Notes: generated from the sequence alone by a model not told the origin. Positions 1 through 9,175 are shown, counted from the stretch's first letter. The stretch is DNA of 64,000 nucleotides from Fibrobacter sp. (GCA_024398965.1 JAKSIF010000009.1:25581-89580); one strand, 5' to 3'. A program made the numbers and translations.

Positions 1-1281
1 GGAACCCTTCAGGGTGCCTGTGACGCCTGCGGGCAGACCGCTGATTGTTGCGCCGGTGGCGCCTGCAATGGTAAAGTAGAGTTCGTCGATGGCGCTGCCT
101 GCAGCAACTGTCTGATTGGAGCTGCCGGCGCCGTGCTTGGTGAGGCTTGCGGAGCCTGCTGCGACGGAACTGCTGGAACTTGCAACGCTGCTGCTGGATT
201 TGGCGGAACTAGAACTTGCCGGCTTCACGCTGCTGGATGATGCCGGAGTTACCTGGCTAGAGGAACTTGCCGGGGTAACGGTGCCGTTGGAACCGGGATC
301 GGGCAAAGTGGCGCCTGCATAAAGTTTAATGGAATCGCGAAGGGCGTAGGCCTTTGCCTGGGTGCTGACGTCGGTAAGGCTCATTGAGTAGCTAGGCTTG
401 AAGGCTGTGCCCGTGCCGGCTTCCTTCTTTTTCACGTTTTCTTCGTAGTTGTTGATCATCTGGGCGGCGGTAATGGCGCCGTCGCTAGTGTACAGGTCGA
501 GAGCCTTCTGCACGTTCAGGAAAACATTGTTTTCGATGCGGATGTCTGCTTCGATGGCCGCACGGACGCAGTAGCTGGTGTTCTTGCTGTCAAAAAGGTT
601 GTTTGCCACATGGACCTTGCCGAAGCGTACGCGGGGCATGCGTTCCACAACGCCGTCTGCCCACCAGGTGTGATGGAAAGTGACGTTGAGGTGGCCGCGG
701 TCAGAAGTCTTTGTCTTGCTGTTGCCAATGAGGTTGGAAAACTGATGGCCAGTGCTCTTGCTGGTGTAGCTGAACTTGGTCCAGGAGATGGTAACGTAGT
801 CGGATGCGTTGGTAATGTCCAAGTTGCCGTCGTGGCCGTCATAAATATCTACGTGGTCGATCCACACATTCTTGGATTCGTGATTCACCTGGAGGCAGTC
901 TTCGTCATCGTCATCATGGGCGCCGATGCCTTGGAATTTCAGGTTGCGGATAATGACGTTCTTGGAACCGGAAAGCTTCATGGCGCTGCCGGTAGTGGGC
1001 TGAGTAATGACCGCGCCCTGGTAACCATAGATGGTGACGTTGCTGCCCACGTTGATGGGGCCGGCGTAGGTGCCCGGCTTTACGTAGATAATCTTGTTGC
1101 CTGCGGAGGCGTACTTTGCCAAGTCGGCGGCGTTACTCACGGTAACTTCGCTGTATCCCTTGCCACCGGTGGTGCCGCCGTTCTGGGTGGCGAAACCGGT
1201 CATTGGAAAGTCCGGAGAGGTGACTGCCATGGCGGCGGTGGCGAGGCCGAATGCGACGGCTGCGATAAGTTTAGAATTCAT
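1..1281 (-). CDS. Secreted pectate lyase, family PL1 (3' end runs off the window)
   Basis: Not in the ORF track because it has no stop in the window; translated by hand from ATG at 1281: MNSKLIAAVAFGLATAAMA signal peptide, GFATQNGGTTGG, NVIIRNL, VWIDH and RMPRVRFG PL1 motifs, then a Ser-rich linker and a further module. Confidence 0.92.
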   Translation of the reverse strand, partial: MNSKLIAAVAFGLATAAMAVTSPDFPMTGFATQNGGTTGGKGYSEVTVSNAADLAKYASAGNKIIYVKPGTYAGPINVGSNVTIYGYQGAVITQPTTGSAMKLSGSKNVIIRNLKFQGIGAHDDDDEDCLQVNHESKNVWIDHVDIYDGHDGNLDITNASDYVTISWTKFSYTSKSTGHQFSNLIGNSKTKTSDRGHLNVTFHHTWWADGVVERMPRVRFGKVHVANNLFDSKNTSYCVRAAIEADIRIENNVFLNVQKALDLYTSDGAITAAQMINNYEENVKKKEAGTGTAFKPSYSMSLTDVSTQAKAYALRDSIKLYAGATLPDPGSNGTVTPASSSSQVTPASSSSVKPASSSSAKSSSSVASSSSSVAAGSASLTKHGAGSSNQTVAAGSAIDELYFTIAGATGATISGLPAGVTGTLKGS

Positions 1282-1494
1282 ACCCAAAAATCCCTTTTGT
1301 TTTACACCAATGAATTTTGAGATTGCGCAGATGAATTTTGCGTCGCTTGTTATGATGTTCTCAAAATTCTATACATAATTTACATTGAAAAATTTAAAAA
1401 GTCAACATAAATACAAGTAAAAATGTAAAATATATTGAAACAAACGTTTTGAATTGAGGGGAATTGTTCTCAAAATTAATCAAATTGTTCTCAA

Positions 1495-1560
1495 AAAGAA
1501 AAATCCCCGCGCGCGGCGGGGATTTTCCAAAATCTGCCGCCTTGCGCGGGGATTTTCCAA
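1495..1560 (-). terminator. Intrinsic terminator hairpin downstream of traB-family gene, partly duplicated
   Basis: AAAATCCCCGC/GCGGGGATTTT stem next to an A-run; the 16-mer GCGGGGATTTTCCAAA occurs at 1516 and 1546. Confidence 0.6.
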
Positions 1561-1583
1561 AGTTTGTCAAAAAGAATTTGTTG

Positions 1584-2753
1584 TTACAAAGCCTGGTAAA
1601 TATTAAAAATGGCGAGAATCTTTCCGATGATGGCGGGGATGCCTGGGCAAAGGAAGCAAAGAATCACGCGGGTAACACGGTTCTTCCACCAGCGCTTTAC
1701 CTGCCAGATGTCGTCGCTTAAGGTTTCCATTTCAGATACGCGGGGCGGGCGCATGTAGACCTGGGTTAGGGCGGTAAAGAAACCGACGCCGATAAGCGGT
1801 GTAAGTCCTGTGAAGGGGGCGGTTACAAGAGCCACTAGGATTGTCAGCGGGTGACCGCCTGCGATGATTGTGCCCAGCATGGCGCCGCCGCCAGTAAGCA
1901 TGGCCCACTGAAGGCTGAGTTCGCCGGCCTTTTCGGCGCCGGCGTGGATGCCTACGGCGATGATACTTGCAATGATGGCGATGGGAATGGCCCAGCCGAT
2001 AATCTTCCAAATGGGTGCGCTCTTGGGAATTACGCAGATGCTCTCTTCAGAAGGGAGCTCCTTGTTGTCTTCGATAATGCTTGCGATACCGCGCATGTGG
2101 CCGGCGCCAATGACGGCGATGATCTTCTTGCCAGGGGCGTTCTTGATCTTGCTTGCCAGATACTGGTCGCGTTCGTCGATAAGGACCTGCTTGACTTCGG
2201 GGAAAGTCTTGCCGAACTCCTGCATCATGCCGTTTAAGGCGTCCTGTTCCTTGATCTTGGCCAGTTCTTCTTCGCTGACCTCGGTCTTGTCGAAAATGCT
2301 TGCGAAAAGTCCGCCCAGAAGGTTCAACTTGCGGTACCAGGGAGTGCATGCCCAGGTGCGGCGCAAAGTGATCTTGATGTCGCGGTCTGCCAGCACCAGT
2401 TCGTGCCCGGCGGCTTCGGCGACGTCTACGGCTTCCTTCAACTCGGAACCGGGCTTGACTCCGGTCTGGGAGCCCATACGCTTTTGGTAGGAGCCCAGAA
2501 CCAGATTGGCGATAAGGGTTCCCAGCTGCTTGTTCTTGATAACTTGGCGAAGGTCGGTCTTTTTCCAGCTGTCGGGGTCCTTGATGGACTTTAGTCGGCC
2601 CTGGTCCAGCTCTACGCAGACTGTGTCCGGCGATTCTTTTTCGATGGTTTCGCGAACCAGGTCCTTGGATGCCTGGGAAATATGTGCGGTGCCAATAAGG
2701 ATGATTTCTCGATCGCCGTTGTTTATTCTGTAAATATCTGCGTTTTCGCTCAT
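1584..2753 (-). CDS. TraB/PrgY/GumN-family protein with C-terminal membrane helices
   Basis: IILIGTAHIS, VCVELD, LADRDIKITLRR, ERDQYLA and VIGAGHMRGI motifs; hydrophobic C-terminus. Confidence 0.88.
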   Translation of the reverse strand: MSENADIYRINNGDREIILIGTAHISQASKDLVRETIEKESPDTVCVELDQGRLKSIKDPDSWKKTDLRQVIKNKQLGTLIANLVLGSYQKRMGSQTGVKPGSELKEAVDVAEAAGHELVLADRDIKITLRRTWACTPWYRKLNLLGGLFASIFDKTEVSEEELAKIKEQDALNGMMQEFGKTFPEVKQVLIDERDQYLASKIKNAPGKKIIAVIGAGHMRGIASIIEDNKELPSEESICVIPKSAPIWKIIGWAIPIAIIASIIAVGIHAGAEKAGELSLQWAMLTGGGAMLGTIIAGGHPLTILVALVTAPFTGLTPLIGVGFFTALTQVYMRPPRVSEMETLSDDIWQVKRWWKNRVTRVILCFLCPGIPAIIGKILAIFNIYQAL

Positions 2754-2915
2754 AGGGCGTAATGTAGTAAAAGTCCTTGTATTTTGTTGAAAATAATGCT
2801 TGTAACTCAGTTTAGGACAGCATGTTACGTAAAAAATTCGCGGTTAGTGGCCATTTTGGGCTAAAAATGTTTATATTTAGGCGGGATTTAGAATTTTTTC
2901 GGAGGTCAAGTTCCT

Positions 2916-3527
2916 ATGAAAAAGCTTTTGGTGTGTCTTTCTCTCGCTGCTATGGCCCTTACTGGTTGTGGTGGTACCCGTTCCGACGATCCCGAGGCAT
3001 TGGATAATGCCTTGGTGGCTTTCACTTCTTGCGTGCAGGGGTCTCGCTGGCAGGAAGCTCTGGAGTACGTGACTCCGGACGAAGCTAACGCAATCGCCAC
3101 TTCCGATGGTTATGAGTTCAAGGAAGAATATATGCTGGCAGCACGTCGTCTGCCCCTCTCGACTCTCCGTAAGGCTGGCCTCGAAGTTGACGGTAGGGGC
3201 CGTCTGGTCGGTATCAAGGAAGCTATGGACGAAGCTAACGGTCGTAGCGTCATGTCTGCAGAACAGGCCAAGGTCGGTACCAACCTGAAGCAGATGGAAG
3301 ATGAACGTATCAAGCGCCGTCTCGAAGAAGGCCAGCGTGTTATGCAGGAAGAAGCAAACGCTGCTAACCAGGAACAGGAAGAAATCGTTTACTCCAACAA
3401 GCTGACCGAAGAAGAAAAGCGTAAGTACGGCAGCACTGGTGAACTTCGCGCCGCCGAAGAATACCAGGATGAAAACACCCAGCAGGCTGAAGAAGAACTC
3501 TACAGCGGCGACTACGAAAATCCGTAA
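2916..3527 (+). CDS. Hypothetical lipoprotein
   Basis: MKKLLVCLSLAAMALTG-C lipobox, strong host-like codon bias, terminator downstream. Confidence 0.8.
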   Translation: MKKLLVCLSLAAMALTGCGGTRSDDPEALDNALVAFTSCVQGSRWQEALEYVTPDEANAIATSDGYEFKEEYMLAARRLPLSTLRKAGLEVDGRGRLVGIKEAMDEANGRSVMSAEQAKVGTNLKQMEDERIKRRLEEGQRVMQEEANAANQEQEEIVYSNKLTEEEKRKYGSTGELRAAEEYQDENTQQAEEELYSGDYENP

Positions 3528-3548
3528 TCGCAGGGTTGTGTAATTTAA

Positions 3549-3575
3549 GAAGCGGGTCCTTGACCCGCTTTTTTT
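3549..3575 (+). terminator. Intrinsic terminator
   Basis: AGCGGGTC-ctt-GACCCGCT followed by a T-run. Confidence 0.8.
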
Positions 3576-3646
3576 GTTGCCATGGGGTCGGGTTGACCGG
3601 CTATCTTGAATAGCGAAGAAGCATTTTTCTATTTTAGCGTTTATAG

Positions 3647-4078
3647 ATGAACTCTCGAATCCTTGACATTGCTGTGCTCCTTGGGAGTCTGCTTCTGTGC
3701 GCTTGCGGCGACATGGGGCCAAACCCTGCCGCCGATGGTGCTCGTTTTAGCAGGTCTTTTCGTTACTATTACGTAGAGGAGTGCCGCTACGATCGTTTTG
3801 GAACCTATGACTGCAGTCGGGCTGCCGCGGTCAGTCCGTCCTATTATGCCAGTCTGCGAATCGATTCCGATGGCATGGCGACCCTTCGTCTGGATGGCTC
3901 CAGCTACTACTACTTCGAGTCCGAGTACGACGAGGGGCGTGACGATTATGGTGGAGGCTTCTACCAGTTCTACGAGAACGATGGGGAAGTCACTTTGTAC
4001 AAGGACGGGTCCGAATTGATTTTCTGGAACACTTGGGACAATACGGCCACGGTTTACTCATACGACCTTCCGTATTAA
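3647..4078 (+). CDS. Hypothetical Tyr-rich lipoprotein
   Basis: LLLCAC lipobox; 143-aa ORF. Confidence 0.7.
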   Translation: MNSRILDIAVLLGSLLLCACGDMGPNPAADGARFSRSFRYYYVEECRYDRFGTYDCSRAAAVSPSYYASLRIDSDGMATLRLDGSSYYYFESEYDEGRDDYGGGFYQFYENDGEVTLYKDGSELIFWNTWDNTATVYSYDLPY

Positions 4079-4127
4079 TTTCACCCTTCATTTTTCATCC
4101 TTCACACTTCACCCTTCATTCGTAATT
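4079..4127. repeat. Tandem heptamer array (YTTCAYH)
   Basis: tttcacc cttcatt tttcatc cttcaca cttcacc cttcatt cgtaatt. Confidence 0.75.
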
Positions 4128-4146
4128 ACTACATTTGTCCCCACTT

Positions 4147-4815
4147 ATGAGTAATTCTGAAAATTTTGTGATCGCCCTGGACGGCGGTAGCGGCACCGGT
4201 AAGAGCACCACGGCAAAGATTATTGCCAAGAAACTGGGCATTACCTACCTGGATACAGGTTCTATGTACCGCGCAGTGACCTTTGCGGCTCTCGAAAAGG
4301 GAATCCCTGCAGAAGAAGGTCCTGCCATGGACGAATTGCTCAAGAATCTAAAGCTTAGCTTTGACTCTGAAAACCACATTCTCATCGACGGCGTTTCCTA
4401 CGAATCCGACATTCGCGGTATGCGCGTTTCTTCTAACGTGAGCATCTACTGCGCCCTGCCGTCTGTCCGTAAGGCCATGACCGAGAAACAGCGCGAAATC
4501 GGTGCTGTTTCCAGTTGCATTCTGGATGGCCGTGACATCGGTACCGTGGTTTTCCCCAACGCCAAGTACAAGTTTTTCCTCGTTACGGACGTGAAGGTCC
4601 GCGCCGAACGTCGCCTCAAGGAACTCCTTGAACGTGGCGAAAAGGTTACCTACGAGGAGGTTCTGGAGAACCTGACCGAACGTGACCGTCTGGACTCCTC
4701 CAGAGCTACGGCCCCTCTCAAGAAGGCCGATGATGCTATTGAAATTGACACTACACAAACCTCAATTGAACAACAGGTTCAGAAGATTCTCGACTACGTA
4801 GGTGTAGTGGCGTAG
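4147..4815 (+). CDS. cmk: Cytidylate kinase
   Basis: IALDGGSGTGKST P-loop, YLDTGSMYRA, ILDGRDIGTVVFP, ERDRLDSSRA; ATG at 4147 preferred over the upstream TTG. Confidence 0.96.
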   Translation: MSNSENFVIALDGGSGTGKSTTAKIIAKKLGITYLDTGSMYRAVTFAALEKGIPAEEGPAMDELLKNLKLSFDSENHILIDGVSYESDIRGMRVSSNVSIYCALPSVRKAMTEKQREIGAVSSCILDGRDIGTVVFPNAKYKFFLVTDVKVRAERRLKELLERGEKVTYEEVLENLTERDRLDSSRATAPLKKADDAIEIDTTQTSIEQQVQKILDYVGVVA

Positions 4816-4852
4816 CTTGAATTTTTTGATCCACAACCAAAAACAAACTAAT

Positions 4853-6601
4853 ATGGCAAATAATCTCAAATTCGGTTCCCAGGCAGACCTCGACGAAATC
4901 CTCGCTGCAGAAGCAGAATGCGGCGCAGACTTCCGCAAGGCTAACGCTGACGTATATGCTGGCATGGACTGCCTCGAACAGGGCAAGCTGGTTGTCGGTA
5001 AGATCAGCCAGGTCAACGAACAGGAAGTTCTCGTTGACGTTAACTACAAGTCCGAAGGCGTGATCGATCGCGCAGAATTCAAGGACTCTGATTCCCTGGA
5101 CCTCGGTTCCGAAATCGAAGTTTTTGTTGAAAAGCTGGAAGATGAAGACGGCCGTCTCATCCTCAGCAAGCAGAAGGCTGACTTCGTTCGCGTATGGGAT
5201 CGCATCCATGCTGCATTCGAAAACAACGAAGTTGTCCGCGGTACCCTCACCAAGCGCATCAAGGGCGGCGTAGTTGTCGACCTCTTCGGTATCGATGCCT
5301 TCTTGCCGGGTTCCCAGATCGACCTCCGTCAGATCCCGGACATCAACGCCCTCATCGGTCAGGACTTTGACCTCAAGGTTATCAAGGTTAACAAGGCTCG
5401 TCGTAACATCGTCGTTTCTCGCCGTGTTGTTCTCGAAGAAGAACGCAACAAGCAGCGTGGCGACGTTCTCGAAACCCTCGAAAAGAACCAGGTTCGCAAG
5501 GGTATCGTCAAGAACATCACCGACTTCGGTGCATTCATTGACCTCGGCGGCGTAGATGGCCTCCTCCACATCACCGACATGAGCTACAAGCGCATCAACC
5601 ACCCCACCGAAATGGTCCAGCTCGGCCAGGAAGTGGAAGTCATGGTGCTCGACTTCAACGACAAGAAGGAACGTATCTCTCTCGGCATGAAGCAGCTTAA
5701 GCCGCATCCCTGGAAGGATATCGCTGAACGTTATCCGGAAGGCGCAATCGTTAAGGGTAAGGTTGTTTCCATCACTGATTACGGTGCATTCATCGAACTG
5801 GATTCCGGCGTTGAAGGCCTCATCCACGTTTCCGAAATGTCCTGGACTCAGCACGTTAAGCATCCGTCCAAGATCCTCACCGTTGGTCAGGAAGTTGAAG
5901 CTGTCGTTCTCAAGGTCGAAGAAGAAGCTGAACGCATCTCTCTCGGCATGAAGCAGCTCGAATCTGATCCGTGGGATTCCATCGAAACCGAACTTCCCCC
6001 GGGCGCACGCGTTGTTGGTGAAATCCGCAACATTGCTTCCTTCGGCGCATTCGTCGAAATCAAGGAAGGTGTTGATGGCCTCATCCACGTTTCCGACATG
6101 TCCTGGACCAAGAAGATCACCCATCCGAACGAAATGGTCAAGAAGGGTGACAAGGTTGAATGCGTCGTTCTCGCTGTCGATAAGGAAAAGCGTCGCATTT
6201 CCCTCTCCATGAAGCACCTCTCCGAAGATCCGTGGGATTCCATCGATTCCACCTACCCGGTTGATGCTGAAGTGAAGGGCCAGATCGTTCGTATGCTCGA
6301 CCGCGGCGTTGTCGTCGAACTCGGTGAAGGCATCGAAGGTTTCATCCCCGTTTCCAAGCTCACTGCTGAATACATCAAGGTTCCTGCCGATGCATTCAAG
6401 GTTGGTGACGAAGTTCCGGCCGTTGTTACCGAAATCGATCAGAACAACCGTAAGATCTACCTCTCTGTGGTTGACTACTTCAAGAACCGTGAATCCGCTG
6501 AGCTGAAGGCTTGGATGGACTCTCACAAGCCGGGCGAAAACGGCACCACCATTGGTGACGCAGCTCCCAAGGCTAAGAAGGCCAAGAAGGAAGAAGCATA
6601 G
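4853..6601 (+). CDS. rpsA: 30S ribosomal protein S1
   Basis: Six S1 repeats (FGAFIDLGGVDGLLHITDMS etc.); directly follows cmk. Confidence 0.97.
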   Translation: MANNLKFGSQADLDEILAAEAECGADFRKANADVYAGMDCLEQGKLVVGKISQVNEQEVLVDVNYKSEGVIDRAEFKDSDSLDLGSEIEVFVEKLEDEDGRLILSKQKADFVRVWDRIHAAFENNEVVRGTLTKRIKGGVVVDLFGIDAFLPGSQIDLRQIPDINALIGQDFDLKVIKVNKARRNIVVSRRVVLEEERNKQRGDVLETLEKNQVRKGIVKNITDFGAFIDLGGVDGLLHITDMSYKRINHPTEMVQLGQEVEVMVLDFNDKKERISLGMKQLKPHPWKDIAERYPEGAIVKGKVVSITDYGAFIELDSGVEGLIHVSEMSWTQHVKHPSKILTVGQEVEAVVLKVEEEAERISLGMKQLESDPWDSIETELPPGARVVGEIRNIASFGAFVEIKEGVDGLIHVSDMSWTKKITHPNEMVKKGDKVECVVLAVDKEKRRISLSMKHLSEDPWDSIDSTYPVDAEVKGQIVRMLDRGVVVELGEGIEGFIPVSKLTAEYIKVPADAFKVGDEVPAVVTEIDQNNRKIYLSVVDYFKNRESAELKAWMDSHKPGENGTTIGDAAPKAKKAKKEEA

Positions 6602-6755
6602 TCGTTCGTAAGGCGAACGTCGCACCCAAGCTAGCTTGGGTATGACCGAGCCGAAGAATGACGCACGACGAAGTCGTGCCATTGTAGTGAGCTATGAGGT
6701 GTGAGCCGTGAGCGGCTGGCTAAAACTGACTGCTCATGGCTGATTACTCAATGCT
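6601..6755. repeat. Cluster of short palindromes plus inverted heptamer arms
   Basis: CGTTCG-taagg-CGAACG, CCCAAGCTAGCTTGGG, GCACGAC-gaa-GTCGTGC, then tgagcta tgaggtg tgagccg tgagcgg ... gctcatg gctgatt actcaat. Confidence 0.65.
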
Positions 6756-6760
6756 AAAAA

Positions 6761-6798
6761 AGGAATCCCGTGGTTAACGCCACGGGGTTTCTTTTTTT
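6761..6798 (+). terminator. Intrinsic terminator of cmk-rpsA
   Basis: GAATCCCGTGG-ttaacg-CCACGGGGTTT plus T-run. Confidence 0.8.
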
Positions 6799-6810
6799 AT
6801 TTTTCCACAT

Positions 6811-7872
6811 ATGGAAAAGAGAATCAAGGAACTGGATGTACTCCGTGTTGTGGCCATGCTGTTTGTGGTGACATACCACTTTGGCTGTGATTATGGTGCC
6901 AGGGAAATTCCTTTTTTCAATCTGTTCTGTACAACCCCCAATTATGACTTTGGAAATATTGCGGTAACAATCTTCCTTGTTCTTTCTGGTGGGTTGCTTT
7001 ATAAGAAGTACGGGAAATTTTTTGATGGAACAGGCTCTGTATCCTTGAAGGTTTTTTACTTGAAACGGGCCAGGTCCATTTATCCGCCTTTCTGGATTTT
7101 CAATCTCTACATTGTCCTTAGCATGGCCCGCCATTTCGTTTCGGATGGTTCGCCTTTCTATGCGGGAAATCCTGCGAAGCTATTGCTTACGGTGTTCGGC
7201 TTTGATGGAATCGCCCAGCGCCTGGGTTACGAAACCTACTTCTTCTGTGGCGAGTGGTTTGTTGGCGCCATTGTTGTTCTTTACCTGCTGTTTCCGCTGT
7301 TGGCAAGAATTTACCAAAAGGCTCCCGTGGTCTTGATGCTTGCGTTGGTTGTTCTGTATGGCCTTCAGTTCCTCCTGCTTGGCGAAAGCCTTTCTCTGAT
7401 TTGTATTTCTCCCGTTACCTGGGTGTTCAAGTTCTGTCTTGGCTTTGTCATCTTTGATCGTCTTGACGCTCTTAGAAATTGGCGCTTGGCGCTCGGTGCC
7501 CTGGCGTTGCTGCTGGCGCTGACCTTCGTTGACGTCCCCGGAATCCTGAATGAAGATTGCCTAGGGACGGTGGCGGCACTGGCCTGGTTTGTGGTGGTGT
7601 TTTACTGTTCTCCTTGGCTGTTGAAGTTCTCTGCAGTGGAATGGGTTGTGGCAAAGTTGGCTGTTCTTTCCTATTGCGTCTTCCTGGTTCAGCATGTGGT
7701 TATTTCCTGGAGCCAGATTGGATTTGTTAAGATTTTTGAAAAGATGCAGTGGCACTATTCCTCCTTGGTTACGCTTGTTCTCCTGATTGTTACCGTGGGA
7801 GTCATTGTTGCTGTTTCCTGGATTCTGAATATGCTGTCCAGTAAGGTGATTGGATTACTTGACCGCAAGTAG
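6811..7872 (+). CDS. Acyltransferase family 3 (OafA-like) membrane protein
   Basis: RIKELDVLRVVAMLFVVTYH, AVTIFLVLSG, FYLKRARSIYP, EWFVG motifs; about 10 hydrophobic segments. Confidence 0.88.
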   Translation: MEKRIKELDVLRVVAMLFVVTYHFGCDYGAREIPFFNLFCTTPNYDFGNIAVTIFLVLSGGLLYKKYGKFFDGTGSVSLKVFYLKRARSIYPPFWIFNLYIVLSMARHFVSDGSPFYAGNPAKLLLTVFGFDGIAQRLGYETYFFCGEWFVGAIVVLYLLFPLLARIYQKAPVVLMLALVVLYGLQFLLLGESLSLICISPVTWVFKFCLGFVIFDRLDALRNWRLALGALALLLALTFVDVPGILNEDCLGTVAALAWFVVVFYCSPWLLKFSAVEWVVAKLAVLSYCVFLVQHVVISWSQIGFVKIFEKMQWHYSSLVTLVLLIVTVGVIVAVSWILNMLSSKVIGLLDRK

Positions 7873-7891
7873 TTTTTCTATCTTGGATAAT

Positions 7892-9175
7892 ATGAACCTG
7901 AAAGGCAAAAAGATTCTCCTTGGTGTGTCTGGCGGTATTGCCGCCTACAAGTCCTGCGAACTTTTGCGATTGCTGCAAAAGAAGGGCGCCGAGGTTCGTG
8001 TTTGCATGACCGAGGCCGCTACCCAGTTTGTGGCGCCTCTGACTTTTGCTTCCTTGAGCAAGTGCCCGGTGTACCTGAAGAACGGTGCTCCCGAGGCTAG
8101 ACCCTTTCAGCATATCGATTTTCCCCGATGGGCCGATTTGTACCTGGTGGTGCCTGCCACAGCCAATGTGATAGGCAAGTTCGCCTTCGGAATCGCCGAC
8201 GATCCGGTAAGTCTTTGCTTTATGAGCTGCGATTGCCCGCGCTTTGTGGCGCCTGCCATGAATGTGGCCATGTATAATTCTCCTGCGGTAAAGCGTAATC
8301 TTGAAATGCTCCGCGGTTTTGAAATGACCCATGTGCTGGAATCTCCTGCGGGTTTCTTGGCTTGTGGCGAAGTGGGGCAGGGAAGGCTTTTGGAACCTGC
8401 GCAGATTGTTGAATATCTTGAAGAGTGTAAAGCGGAAAGCTTAAAGGTTAAAGGTTCCCGAGTTGAATCGCATTCTTTGCCCGAGGATACAATCGAAAAG
8501 AACGGTCGCCGCGTCCTCATCACTGCAGGCCGTACTGAAGAGGCTATCGATCCGGTCCGCTATATTTCCAACTGCAGCAGCGGAAAGACCGCTGTAGCCC
8601 TGTCTGCGGTATTCCTTGCCAACGGTTACGACGTAGAAGTTGTGGCTGGCCCTATGGAGGCCAAGTTCCCCGGTGGAGTCAAGGTGACGAAGGTGCGCAG
8701 CGCTTGCCAGATGCACGATGCCGTTTTGGAACGTCAGCCCGATGTCGATGTCCTTGTGCACTGTGCTGCGGTCGCTGATTACCGCCCGGCAAATCCTGCC
8801 GGCGAAAAAATCAAGGACAGCCGCAGTCAACTGACAATCGAGCTTGTGCCCAATCCAAACATCTTGAGGGATTGTTCCGCAGCTCGACGCATGGCCCGAG
8901 AAAATCAAGACGTAAATCAGCAGGCTCGCCTGGCGAACCAGATCATTATTGGGTTTGCCTTGGAAACAGACCATTTCGAAGAACATGCTGCAGAAAAGTT
9001 CCAGAAGTCCGGCGCCGACGCCCTTCTGTTGAATGCTCCCGTGGCAAGTGACAGCGGTTTTGGCTTTGACAATGTCCGTTACACCTTGGTAGAACACGGT
9101 AAGCCCATCGCCCCTATGGAGATGGGCAGCAAGATTTCTCTGGCAGAAACCATCGTTCGCTTTTGCTCTAAGTAG
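7892..9175 (+). CDS. coaBC: Bifunctional phosphopantothenoylcysteine decarboxylase/synthase
   Basis: ILLGVSGGIAAYK, VPATANVIGK, APAMNVAMY, LACGEVGQGRL, TAGRTEEAIDPVRYISN, AAVADYRP, GFALET. Confidence 0.95.
   Translation: MNLKGKKILLGVSGGIAAYKSCELLRLLQKKGAEVRVCMTEAATQFVAPLTFASLSKCPVYLKNGAPEARPFQHIDFPRWADLYLVVPATANVIGKFAFGIADDPVSLCFMSCDCPRFVAPAMNVAMYNSPAVKRNLEMLRGFEMTHVLESPAGFLACGEVGQGRLLEPAQIVEYLEECKAESLKVKGSRVESHSLPEDTIEKNGRRVLITAGRTEEAIDPVRYISNCSSGKTAVALSAVFLANGYDVEVVAGPMEAKFPGGVKVTKVRSACQMHDAVLERQPDVDVLVHCAAVADYRPANPAGEKIKDSRSQLTIELVPNPNILRDCSAARRMARENQDVNQQARLANQIIIGFALETDHFEEHAAEKFQKSGADALLLNAPVASDSGFGFDNVRYTLVEHGKPIAPMEMGSKISLAETIVRFCSK

Noticed and set aside
610-1320. 236-aa plus-strand ORF in the ORF track
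   Set aside because: Shadow of the minus-strand PL1 gene, which the track missed because it has no stop in the window.
1584-2753. TraB-family gene as evidence of a conjugative element
   Set aside because: It is the TraB/PrgY/GumN (Tiki-like) family, commonly chromosomal; no relaxase or T4SS genes are nearby.
4751-6682. Long antisense ORFs (e.g. 4751-6682, 8441-10078, 20317-22323, 41215-42765, 45408-46865, 52418-54400, 54430-55974, 59468-60781, 61806-63050)
   Set aside because: Each mirrors a well-supported housekeeping gene on the opposite strand; RNY codon bias removes antisense stops, and the translations show no family motifs.
6601-6755. Structured region after rpsA as a tRNA or known ncRNA
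   Set aside because: No cloverleaf, T-loop (GTTCRA) or CCA pattern, and no recognisable Rfam signature; treated as a repeat cassette.
8441-8456. TAAAGGT x2 and a short extra segment in the CoaC-CoaB linker
   Set aside because: Only two units in a naturally variable linker; insufficient to call a repeat insertion.
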